From NCBI GenBank assembly GCA_016840095.1, contig JAEOSZ010000065.1, positions 1 to 28,289 of the forward strand: 28,289 bases of DNA, given 5' to 3'. Below, piece after piece: positions 7,043 through 15,908 of the stretch. The notes beneath the pieces are model-generated. The model saw only the letters and a program-made list of their open reading frames with translations. It searched no databases and was not told the origin of the DNA. Numbering within the stretch: position 1 is the stretch's first letter; every line of letters starts with the position of its first letter. The stretch is from Candidatus Heimdallarchaeota archaeon. GTDB taxonomy: Archaea; Asgardarchaeota; Heimdallarchaeia; Heimdallarchaeales; Heimdallarchaeaceae. The position numbers and the translations under genes were made by a program.

Positions 7043-8584
7043 TTACTTTTCAACATTAAATTTACTTAATCTTATTTCAAAAACTGTGCCATGAGGTTCA
7101 TTATCTAGAACTTGAATTGAACCACCATAGGATTCAATAACAATTTTAGCTAAAAACAATCCCATCCCACTTATTCCTTTTTCTGAACCTCTATAACCTT
7201 GCTGAAAAATTAATTCTTTATTTTCTTCAGAAATTCCTGCACCATTATCACTAATATTAATTACTATTTTGTCTTCTAGTTCCACTATCTTCACCTCTGA
7301 ATCTACGTCCTCCCCCGCATGCTGAAATGAGTTTTGGATTATATTGAACAAAATTGGGTAGAGTAATCTATTTGCCTTGACCTTGATACTTGGAGGATAG
7401 GGGAGAATAGTTATATTTTCAAAAGATTCTAAAACATTTTTTATAATGTCGATGTCAATTGATTGTATCTTAAGTGACTCAAGCAGCTTTGATTCAGATT
7501 TGATAATCTCCAATCTTTCAGCAACAACATCTACTCTGCTTAATGCTCTATCAAGAAATTCTCGTTTGTTGGTCTCTTCAAAAAGTTCAACTCCACTTTG
7601 AATGACAACTAAATCATTTAACAGATCATGACGGAGCAAGGAAGTTACAGTTACTAGATCTTTGGCAAAAATATTCATTTCCTCATAGAGAATTTGATAT
7701 TGTTTTCTTTCTTTATCCATCTCAAAAAGAGTTAGAGGTTTCTCATATCTTTCTAGCATAGTAAAAATTCCAATAACAAACAATGCGTAAAAAATGTTGT
7801 AAAGAAGATCAGGCATAGCACCTACTTCATAAATATCATTAGCCCAGAAATAGCCTTTAGCTGCGTCACCAGCTAGCTTGAAAAACCAAGCACCAGCGAT
7901 TGTTATCCAGAAAAATGGAGTTCTTACTTTCCGTGTAAGATATATGAAAACACAAGAAGTCGCCAGAATATCTAAATTGATGATCATTGTTATTGCTGAA
8001 TAAGCTATACTTGCATAATCCTGAGAGGCTACAGCACTAGAAATAAAAGAAGAAATTATTGGAGACATGAAAATTACTATCATTATAGTTATGAATAGAC
8101 TGCCTAGTTTTACTCTTCTTGGAGCATATTTCTCTGTTTTTCTAATTTGACTAATTAATAGTACATAGAGCGGTATCATTCCAACTAGATAATGTATATA
8201 AATGAAAATCAGATATATATTGTAATAGGGAATAGAAATTAGATTTAATTTGTAATCAAATATACTAACAAAAGTATGTACCTCAGTTAGCAAGAAAAGT
8301 AGTAAAGTAAAACCAAGTGCAAATAAATATTTTCTATCTAGTTTCTCTTTCTTGAAAACAAAAACAATCAAAATAGATAATGCAGAAGTTAGTATAACGA
8401 TTTTATAGATTGGAATGAAGTAATAATCTACTGATGACTTGAGGAAAATTGGTATTATACCAACAATCAAAGTTACAGCAGCTAGTACAGAACTAAGATT
8501 TCTCCTCCATGCTTTCATCAATAATATACTCTCATCCTCAGTTTTAACTTTAAGGATGGATGCAAAAGAATTTGTATGTTTCAA
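7043..8584 (-). CDS. Membrane-bound sensor histidine kinase (multi-TM input, HisKA + HATPase_c); real start may be the ATG at 8518
   Basis: About 8 TM helices; H-box LRHDLLNDL, N-box NIIQNSFQHAG, G1 ISDNGAGI, F-box IFQQG, G2 SGMGLFL and GTVFEI. Confidence 0.92.
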   Translation of the reverse strand: MKHTNSFASILKVKTEDESILLMKAWRRNLSSVLAAVTLIVGIIPIFLKSSVDYYFIPIYKIVILTSALSILIVFVFKKEKLDRKYLFALGFTLLLFLLTEVHTFVSIFDYKLNLISIPYYNIYLIFIYIHYLVGMIPLYVLLISQIRKTEKYAPRRVKLGSLFITIMIVIFMSPIISSFISSAVASQDYASIAYSAITMIINLDILATSCVFIYLTRKVRTPFFWITIAGAWFFKLAGDAAKGYFWANDIYEVGAMPDLLYNIFYALFVIGIFTMLERYEKPLTLFEMDKERKQYQILYEEMNIFAKDLVTVTSLLRHDLLNDLVVIQSGVELFEETNKREFLDRALSRVDVVAERLEIIKSESKLLESLKIQSIDIDIIKNVLESFENITILPYPPSIKVKANRLLYPILFNIIQNSFQHAGEDVDSEVKIVELEDKIVINISDNGAGISEENKELIFQQGYRGSEKGISGMGLFLAKIVIESYGGSIQVLDNEPHGTVFEIRLSKFNVEK

Positions 8585-8668
8585 GAGTTCAAATCAAAAA
8601 AATCAACTGAAAATAAGGTAGTACAAGAAATATTTTTAAAATCTCGTTGTTAGACTTCATTGATATAA

Positions 8669-9562
8669 ATGACTACACATAAAATTTCAATGAAAGATGT
8701 AGTGTTCAAAGCTGATCCAGAAAATAAGCCAGTTTTAACAATTGAATCTGGAGATACAGTAGTTTTTGAATGTAAAGATGCTTTCAATCAAGTGATTCAA
8801 AAACCTGAAGATTTACCAATTGATTTTGATATGGAAACAATCAATCCTGCAACAGGCCCAGTATATGTTAAAGGTGCAGAACCAGGAGATACTCTTGAAG
8901 TTCATATCCTCGACGTAGATGTAGCTGAACAAGGATCATGTTGTATTATTCCTGACTTTGGATTCTTAGCTCCTGAATATACTGAACCTTGGACAAGGAT
9001 TATACCAATTAAAGATGGTTATGCTATTTTCAGCAATAAAGTAAAGATACCAATTGATCCTTTTCCAGGTACTCTTATTGTGGCACCAGTTGAAGTTACT
9101 CATAATCATGGAACATTAATTCCTAAGGAATATGGTGGAAACATGGATTCAAAGGCTTGCACTGCTGGAACAACTGTGTATTTACCAATTTTCGTTGAAG
9201 GAGCTTTGTTCGGTGTTGGTGATGTTCATGCAGTTCAAGGTGATGGAGAAGTATGTGGAACAGCTGTTGAAATAGATGCAGATGTAACTATCAAATTCAT
9301 AGTTAATAAGAAAAAGAAAATCGAACGACCTCACTATGAAACTGCAGAGCATTATATGACTACTGCTTGGGGAGAAACTACAGATGAAGCATGTAAAATT
9401 GCTCTCAGGGATATGGTAAATTGGATTGTTGAAGAGAAAGGTCTTACAAAAGAAGAAGCTTATGCTCTCTGTAGTTGTGTAGTTGATATGAGGATTAGTC
9501 AATTAGTAGATATAACTCCAGGAGTAAGAGCAGTTATACCAAAATCAATATTTGTAGAATAA
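8669..9562 (+). CDS. Acetamidase/formamidase family protein
   Basis: Motifs NPATGPVYVKGAEPGDTL, PFPG, GGNMD, GDVHAVQGDGEVCGTAVE and ISQLVD. Confidence 0.93.
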   Translation: MTTHKISMKDVVFKADPENKPVLTIESGDTVVFECKDAFNQVIQKPEDLPIDFDMETINPATGPVYVKGAEPGDTLEVHILDVDVAEQGSCCIIPDFGFLAPEYTEPWTRIIPIKDGYAIFSNKVKIPIDPFPGTLIVAPVEVTHNHGTLIPKEYGGNMDSKACTAGTTVYLPIFVEGALFGVGDVHAVQGDGEVCGTAVEIDADVTIKFIVNKKKKIERPHYETAEHYMTTAWGETTDEACKIALRDMVNWIVEEKGLTKEEAYALCSCVVDMRISQLVDITPGVRAVIPKSIFVE

Positions 9563-9661
9563 GTATCCAGAAAGGTAATGTATCTAATATGGAATTAAAG
9601 TCTCAGATATATTATGCAAATAGCAAAGACTTATTTTGCTTAAGTTCTAGGTGAGTCTGAA

Positions 9662-10483
9662 TTGAGTAGTAGAAGATCCAAACTGTTAAGATCCAATGCA
9701 ACAACTATTGTCATAATATTATTAGTTGTAGTTTTTGCTTCGGTTCTAGCCCCCAAAAAAGAGCAATTTATTGTTATTAACTCAGATGCAGATTTTCAAG
9801 CTTTTGCTTCATCTGGCAATGGAACGATGGAAAATCCTTTCATTATCGAAGACAGGATAATTGCAAATGAAGCAACCAAAGCTATTTCTATTTCAAATAC
9901 TACAAATTTCTTTGTTATAAGAAATTGCTATATAGCTGATAATATCGGTTATGGGATTTATTTAGAAGATGTAGCTAATGGTACTGCATTAATTGAATAT
10001 AACCTTGTTATTAATCATGAAATTGGAATCACTTTGAAAAATTGTAATTTTGTAGAAATTATCAACAATACTTTTATTGAAAACTATAATGCTATTGATT
10101 TATTCGAATCTGTGAACAATACTATTTCATATAATAGCTTTTCAGAGAATACAAATGGTATCATTATTAGTGACTACAGCAGTAAAAACACTGTTTTATA
10201 TAATCTCTTTGAAAACAGTACTAGCTGGAGTATAAGTATTCTTGATTTTAGTAACAACAATACTATTCATCACAATAATTTCCTAAATAATAATTTAGGA
10301 GGGATAAGTCAAGCATCAGACAATTCAAGTTTCAATGTTTGGTATGATTTAATAACTTTTGAGGGTAACCATTGGAATGATCTTCTTAATTCAAATTATA
10401 CTATAGCTGGTTCAGCTAATAGTGTTGATCTTTACCCCTTGAATGATCCGGTTCAGCTTGCTATCTCGAGGAGTTATAGCTGA
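9662..10483 (+). CDS. Secreted right-handed parallel beta-helix (NosD/CASH-like) surface protein
   Basis: N-terminal hydrophobic segment, GNGTxxNPFIIE cap, Asn-rich GIxLxxSxNNxIxxNxF repeats and GNHW...DLYPL cap. TTG start with GGTGA SD. Confidence 0.85.
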   Translation: MSSRRSKLLRSNATTIVIILLVVVFASVLAPKKEQFIVINSDADFQAFASSGNGTMENPFIIEDRIIANEATKAISISNTTNFFVIRNCYIADNIGYGIYLEDVANGTALIEYNLVINHEIGITLKNCNFVEIINNTFIENYNAIDLFESVNNTISYNSFSENTNGIIISDYSSKNTVLYNLFENSTSWSISILDFSNNNTIHHNNFLNNNLGGISQASDNSSFNVWYDLITFEGNHWNDLLNSNYTIAGSANSVDLYPLNDPVQLAISRSYS

Positions 10484-10567
10484 TTAAAATGTTTGACAAA
10501 AATGATTCTCTTCTATGGGAAATCAATCACAATTTGACCAAATAGTTAAATAATACTTCAAAACCAG

Positions 10568-11965
10568 ATGACTATGGCTGAAAGAATCATCTCTTTTGAT
10601 ATTCTTCGAGGATGGGCAATTATTGGTAACTTGATGGTTCATACCTTTATGTTAGTTAGTCAAGTTGAAGGAATTGCTGAAACAGCTCCTGAGAATCTTG
10701 ATGTTTTCGGTTACATCTTGATGGGTTTAGTTGTTGTTTTTGGTCATTGGCGAGGATTGTTCTTACTGATCAGTGCTTGTGTTCACATGTTTATTATGCA
10801 AGCTAAACTTAAGAGAGGAATTAGAAGAGAGGTGATTTTAGTTCAAGAGTTAATGAAAGGCTTACTACTCTGGTTATGGGCAATGTTTTTCTATGTCTTT
10901 CTAGCACAATGGCAACTTTCGAAGGAATGGGTAGAAACTGGAACATCATCTATAGAATGGCAGAACATATATCATGCAGATCAATTTGCTAATATTGCTT
11001 GGGCAATTATAATATCAGCTATTCTATTTTACATTCTTACTTCAAACAAAAAGACTCAGAAACCCTTAATAATGACAATTGTTTTTGCAATTGTTGGTTG
11101 CTTGTTTATTTTCCCAGCACCAGCTGCTTATCAAGCTGGAAATGCCTTTTGGGGAGTTGATTTACATGGATCAGGACGTTTAAGTAAAATTGGCGATAAA
11201 GGTTGGTGGGATTACATCTTAAGAATGTTAGGAAATAATTTTCTTGCAACGGAATCTCCTTTGATGCCACACTTTGGATATAGCGCAGTAGGTTCAATTT
11301 TGGGTATCTATATTTCTCAGGATAAGAAACCTAAAAAAGAAAAATTCCTTCTCTGGGGATATGGTCTTTCTGGAGTATCTATCATATTTGGTGTTATTTG
11401 GTTATTTGCAGTTGATAAAATTCCAGCTAATCCATTTGATCTAGTTATATTCCATGCTCATCCAACTTGGTTTGTTTTTGTAACGATAGGTATGTTAATG
11501 TTTGTAGTTGTGGGCTTATTCCATGGACATGAATATAATGAAAAGGTAAACTGGGAGAAGAGACTCAAATGGTCAAGATTTAGTAGAAGAGTTGGATTCC
11601 TTTCTCTATCTGTTTATTCCTTTGCATCAATTCAGGCAGTATTAAGAGTAGTCTTGCATTATATCTTTCCGAATCAAGGTTTTAGAACACTGTGGGGTTT
11701 GAATACAGGAATGACTTTCTTCTTGATAATTCTAGAAATAAGCTTATGGTTTGGAATTCTTTGGTTATGGGAAAAATGGAATTTCAATTTATCATTGGAA
11801 TGGCTGTTTGCATTGATATTGAAAAGACCTTTTCAGCGGAAAATGAAGGACAAACCAAAACTATTTGGTGACTTTCTTGATATCAAAGGAAAAGTAATCA
11901 ATGTTACACCTGAGCACTGGGTAGAAAAATTACCTGAAATGACTGCTATTAAAAGGGAAACATAA
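10568..11965 (+). CDS. Polytopic membrane protein, DUF1624/HGSNAT-like (transmembrane acyltransferase superfamily)
   Basis: N-terminal RIISFDILRGWAII...H motif, LFLLISA, SLSVY, LEW near the C-terminus and about 10-11 TM segments. Confidence 0.65.
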   Translation: MTMAERIISFDILRGWAIIGNLMVHTFMLVSQVEGIAETAPENLDVFGYILMGLVVVFGHWRGLFLLISACVHMFIMQAKLKRGIRREVILVQELMKGLLLWLWAMFFYVFLAQWQLSKEWVETGTSSIEWQNIYHADQFANIAWAIIISAILFYILTSNKKTQKPLIMTIVFAIVGCLFIFPAPAAYQAGNAFWGVDLHGSGRLSKIGDKGWWDYILRMLGNNFLATESPLMPHFGYSAVGSILGIYISQDKKPKKEKFLLWGYGLSGVSIIFGVIWLFAVDKIPANPFDLVIFHAHPTWFVFVTIGMLMFVVVGLFHGHEYNEKVNWEKRLKWSRFSRRVGFLSLSVYSFASIQAVLRVVLHYIFPNQGFRTLWGLNTGMTFFLIILEISLWFGILWLWEKWNFNLSLEWLFALILKRPFQRKMKDKPKLFGDFLDIKGKVINVTPEHWVEKLPEMTAIKRET

Positions 11966-11981
11966 AAGGAATCTCTTCCTT

Positions 11982-12434
11982 TTAATTCATCAAGAAGGGT
12001 ACCCCAAAAGCAAAAGGTATAACAAATATTATCCCCCAGAATAACAACCATATTCCAATTGGAGCAAAGATCTGAAGAATAAAGCTTTCTCTAGCAGCTT
12101 CTCTTTCAGATTCTGATACACGATCATCTGCAGAAGATCTACTTCCTGTAGAAATTAATCTACTTGCAGTTGCAGATGCAAGTTTATCTTTTCCTCCTAA
12201 TAGAATGAAGCTAACTGCTATCATACCTATACCTATTTTTCCACAAAGTGAGAGCGTTGCTGTCCAATCTCTAATAACCAACCAAACAATTAGTGGGATT
12301 AATAGATAGAAAAACGACCAAATTGAACCTACAATCAAAAAACTAAAAACGTCTTTCTTTGTTGTTGGGGTTTTTTCATCTTTTTTAGCCGCAACTGATT
12401 CTTCAGCGATTTTCTTTCTTAAACTTGATTCCAT
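11982..12434 (-). CDS. Hypothetical membrane protein (about 3 TM)
   Basis: Hydrophobic segments separated by a polar Ser/Arg loop; no recognisable motif. Confidence 0.65.
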   Translation of the reverse strand: MESSLRKKIAEESVAAKKDEKTPTTKKDVFSFLIVGSIWSFFYLLIPLIVWLVIRDWTATLSLCGKIGIGMIAVSFILLGGKDKLASATASRLISTGSRSSADDRVSESEREAARESFILQIFAPIGIWLLFWGIIFVIPFAFGVPFLMN

Positions 12435-12488
12435 AGTCTATCCTAGAAGCTTACAATTCTTAGAATAAAAGGTTTTGGTGACACAATT

Positions 12489-13340
12489 TCAGAGTTTATT
12501 CCAAAACTCTTGATCAGGATGAGTTATTTCTTTTTGAATACTCTTATCATGCCAGCAGAAATCACAATACTCATCGTGTTCCATAATGGTCTTCTCTCTT
12601 GTAAGAGTGAAGTTTTTGTTAACCATTCTAGCATGACCATAATCGTTTATACAAGCTGTTAGATAAGCTATTTCAGTATCTAAATTCTTATCAAAACTTT
12701 CCAGAGCTTCAACAATCATACATCTATCTATCCTACAAACAGCTTTTCCTTCTTCCAATTTGAACAGAGAATAAACATGTGTATTGGGAAATGTATTTCT
12801 GTACAATTCTACCATGTCATCGACACTAGTCATTGAAGGTTTCATATTCTTAGGAGGAGTTGTTCGAACATCTGTGAATTCTTTGTAGATCTTAATTGCA
12901 TCATTTCTAGGAATAGTTTCTGCGAGTGCCTGAAGACTTAGGTAAAGAGGAATTTTACTTCCTTTGAATCGATCAAACTCAGAAATTTCGAATTTGTCCG
13001 ATTCAGGTTGAGCATTATATTTAGTCAAATTAAAAGAAAATTCAATTATCTTTCTATACTTCTCTAAAAGCTTTGGAAACTTATGAATAGCATCAAGTTC
13101 TATTGTCTTTTCATATTCAGCAAAATAATTGTATTCCTCCCCAGAATCTACTAAGACCTTGTCATATCTATCTTCCAGCTTTTCAATATAGGAATCAAGG
13201 ATGTTGTCATGATTTTTTTGTATATATTCTATAAATTCATCTAATTGGTAAATTATGTATTTTATTAAAGTCTTAACATCAATAATGCTGGAATAATCTT
13301 CTTTGTACTTATCAATTCTTTCAGCTTTCATATCAAACAC
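12489..13340 (-). CDS. L-2-amino-thiazoline-4-carboxylate (ATC) hydrolase-like / V4R-related protein; likely start is the ATG at 13331
   Basis: C-terminal RIDRC...ACINDY...FTLTREKTIMEHDEYCDFCW matches the ATC_hydrolase Cys pattern. An AAGGTG SD precedes ATG 13331. Confidence 0.75.
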   Translation of the reverse strand: MFDMKAERIDKYKEDYSSIIDVKTLIKYIIYQLDEFIEYIQKNHDNILDSYIEKLEDRYDKVLVDSGEEYNYFAEYEKTIELDAIHKFPKLLEKYRKIIEFSFNLTKYNAQPESDKFEISEFDRFKGSKIPLYLSLQALAETIPRNDAIKIYKEFTDVRTTPPKNMKPSMTSVDDMVELYRNTFPNTHVYSLFKLEEGKAVCRIDRCMIVEALESFDKNLDTEIAYLTACINDYGHARMVNKNFTLTREKTIMEHDEYCDFCWHDKSIQKEITHPDQEFWNKL

Positions 13341-13379
13341 CTTCTTATTCCAGCACTAATAAATCTTCCATACAAACAT

Positions 13380-14567
13380 CTAACTATTCATTGTATATTG
13401 AGCATATTTTTCAGTGAGTAAACTTACAGCTTCTTCTATATCTTCTTGATAGACTCTTTCTCCATCTTTGAAGTAATCTAACAAATTCCATTTGAGAGAA
13501 TAAGCATCATTGAAATTGATAGAAGGTAAATCCTTCTTCAATAATCTATTTTGAATCTCATCTAACAAGAGTTCTAAAGATGAAGACAATTCTCTTTCTA
13601 TTCCTGGACATGAAAAATCTAATTCGATACTAAAATGATTATCAGATTGTTGATGAATCAGAAAAGGATAACTAAAACAGCTTAAAGGTTTGGAATCATG
13701 AATGTTACATAATCCAGTCTCTTTATTGTGAAAAACACATAAGCCTTGTTCTTGATTCAAAGCTAACTGGTAATCAATAATGACACCTTCCTTATTCTTT
13801 GAGAATAATATAGGATGACAAAATTCCTCGATTCTTTGATTGGTTTCAGAGGAAATATCAAGTCCTTCAGAAAGAGAGAGACATGCTAGATTTGAAGGAA
13901 AACCAATTCTCAATTTGGTAAACATATCTTGAAATGGTTTGTCATTTACATTGGGAATTGGATTAATTGAATAACTACTCGGTAACTCACACATATTGCA
14001 TGATGTACAAGAAAAACCTATGTCCAAAGGTATTAGAAATTCAAAAAGATTATTAGATGGCTTTCTAATTATTTTCTGTAAAAGAAAATCCTCAATTTTA
14101 TATGTAAGGGAATTTTTAGCAAAGATGTCCGTAATTTGCCTGATTATACTATCTCTTGAATCATCTTTAAACTTAGAAAAAGTTCCTCTGAATACTCTAT
14201 CATTTTTTGGTCTTAATTTCTTCAGTCTATAAAGATCCTCCCAGACTTTTTCTTTTATTTCATTATTTTTGATTAGAATTATAATGCTCCATGAAATGTC
14301 CTTTTTAGAATCACCAACTATTCTTACTAAAATGTCAGTTTCTTGTTCTAGATCAAGGTTCGTCCAATAGTTATCTATTAACCCTTTTTCTGTTTTTTCT
14401 CCAAGAGCTAAACAAGATCCTTTCTCAAGTATAATTTCGTTGACTATTCTTAAAATGAATGGAGAGTAGTTGAAAGAAATTGCATCTAGACTACTACTCA
14501 TGAGTAATTTTTCTAAATCTTCTTCAGCTTTTTGAGCTATTCCTTCATTAATGAGAAGTCTGGTCAT
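13380..14567 (-). CDS. YkgJ-family (CxxCxxCC) Zn/Fe cysteine-cluster protein with a ~200-aa N-terminal extension
   Basis: FSCTSCNMCE ... CVFH...GLCNIHDSKPLSCFSYPF ... CPGI. Confidence 0.8.
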   Translation of the reverse strand: MTRLLINEGIAQKAEEDLEKLLMSSSLDAISFNYSPFILRIVNEIILEKGSCLALGEKTEKGLIDNYWTNLDLEQETDILVRIVGDSKKDISWSIIILIKNNEIKEKVWEDLYRLKKLRPKNDRVFRGTFSKFKDDSRDSIIRQITDIFAKNSLTYKIEDFLLQKIIRKPSNNLFEFLIPLDIGFSCTSCNMCELPSSYSINPIPNVNDKPFQDMFTKLRIGFPSNLACLSLSEGLDISSETNQRIEEFCHPILFSKNKEGVIIDYQLALNQEQGLCVFHNKETGLCNIHDSKPLSCFSYPFLIHQQSDNHFSIELDFSCPGIERELSSSLELLLDEIQNRLLKKDLPSINFNDAYSLKWNLLDYFKDGERVYQEDIEEAVSLLTEKYAQYTMNS

Positions 14568-14651
14568 TATCTCAAAGAACTAGAAAGAGTTTCAAAATAA
14601 TAATTCTTTCCTATGATATAAAAAAGAATGAAATGAAGAAAAACTACAAGA

Positions 14652-15671
14652 TTATTCTTTTTGCTCTACTTTTTGAAAACAATCTTGGCAATAGATTTCT
14701 TTGTCAGCTTTAGGTTTGAAAGGAACTGTAATCTCTTCTCCACAAGTTCGACAAGTAGTCTGATGCATTCTTTTGTTAGCTCTATATGGTCCTGTTCTAT
14801 CACCAAATCTCTCTACTTCTTCTTCTACTACTTCTTGAGTGTTTTCTATTGCAGGGGACGATTTAGTATCATATTTTTCATCTAGAAAACAGGCTTTACA
14901 TAGAACTGGTTTAATCCCAGTTGGCTTGAATGTTACTTGAGTTTCTTTCTTACATTTTGCACAGGTTGCATCATAGAGTTGCTTAGATCTTCCATCAGTT
15001 CTTCTATTGGATCTATCTTGATATCTTGATGAAGATTGTCTAGACGAATATCTTCTTGATTTAGTTTCATCTTGAGGTTTAGTTTGTTGAAAACATTCCC
15101 TACATAAAACAGGTTTTGAACCTGTAGGTTTGAAAGGTACTTGAGTTTCTTTATTGCATTTGGCACATGTAGCATCAAAGAGCTGTTTAGAACCTCCATC
15201 AGTTCTTCTTGATCTATCGTCATATCTAGGTGATGAACGACTAGAGTATCGTTTCCCAGTTGAAGATCCATCTCGTGGTTTTTGATCTTGAAAGCAATCT
15301 CGACATAGTACAGGTTTAGATCCTGTAGGTTTGAAAGGTACTTGAGTTTCTTTCTTACACTTAGCACATGTTGCAGGGAAAAGCTCTTTTGGTCCTCTGT
15401 CTGATTGTCTTCTGTCGGATTGTCCTCTATCAGATTGTCTTCTGTTTCTATCTTGATATCTGCTGGAAGATCCTTTAGGAGGTCGATAATTTGGTCTACT
15501 ACCTGAGCGACTTCTAATTGTCTCTGCCTTTCCACTATCTCTAGAACGATTCTTTGGTCTAGTTCCTGATCTATATTTTGGTTTTTCTCTTGATTTAAAA
15601 CTAGTTTTGGATTTTGATTTATTTGTTGGTTTGAAGTTTTGAGAGCTTCTTACCGCTCTATCTTTTGACAT
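14652..15671 (-). CDS. CxxC-x17-CxxC domain protein (4 copies) with Arg/Ser-rich disordered linkers; putative RNA-binding
   Basis: Three ATCAKCxKETQVxFKPTGxKPVLCxxCF units plus TTCRTCGEEITVPFKPKADKEIYCQDCF. AAGGTGA SD upstream. Confidence 0.88.
   Translation of the reverse strand: MSKDRAVRSSQNFKPTNKSKSKTSFKSREKPKYRSGTRPKNRSRDSGKAETIRSRSGSRPNYRPPKGSSSRYQDRNRRQSDRGQSDRRQSDRGPKELFPATCAKCKKETQVPFKPTGSKPVLCRDCFQDQKPRDGSSTGKRYSSRSSPRYDDRSRRTDGGSKQLFDATCAKCNKETQVPFKPTGSKPVLCRECFQQTKPQDETKSRRYSSRQSSSRYQDRSNRRTDGRSKQLYDATCAKCKKETQVTFKPTGIKPVLCKACFLDEKYDTKSSPAIENTQEVVEEEVERFGDRTGPYRANKRMHQTTCRTCGEEITVPFKPKADKEIYCQDCFQKVEQKE
14885..15385 (-). repeat. Intragenic tandem repeat, three units with period ~201-204 nt
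   Basis: GGTTTGAAAGGTACTTGAGTTTCT occurs at 15127 and 15328, with a variant at ~14923. CCATCAGTTCTTCT also recurs. Confidence 0.85.
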
Positions 15672-15825
15672 GAATATTCACCTTTTACCACAGTATACCG
15701 TAGAAAAGCAATTTAGAAAGACCCATTCCAATTCTGAAAAAAAGAATTCCTATTAACTTTCACACTCTTTAGGATAGTTATCCTATACTGAACTAAGCTC
15801 AACCTTTATTCTCGCTATTTAAATA
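15672..15825 (-). promoter_or_regulatory. TATA promoter and ~120-nt structured 5' UTR of the CxxC-x17-CxxC gene
   Basis: TATTTAAATA at 15816-15825; CAGTATA/TATACTG inverted repeat (15691-15697 / 15784-15790); TAGGAT/ATCCTA hairpin (15770-15785). Confidence 0.45.
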
Positions 15826-15908
15826 CGACGATTTAAGTTCTTAATAAGATAAATAGAAAATTGATTTCTGAAAATAATTATAAATGCTTATGAGCTATTA
15901 TTAGTGGT

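Noticed and set aside
9662-10483. Calling the beta-helix proteins NosD of nitrous-oxide reduction
   Set aside because: There is no nosZ/F/Y context; the fold is a generic surface beta-helix.
14885-15450. Repeats read as a CRISPR array
   Set aside because: They are in-frame coding repeats with a ~200-nt period, no unique 30-40-nt spacers and no cas genes.
14933-15535. 200-aa alternative-frame ORF inside the CxxC-x17-CxxC gene
   Set aside because: It is explained by the tandem repeat and the Arg/Ser codon bias of the main frame, which suppress stops. It has no motif or SD, and I see no slippery site supporting a frameshift.
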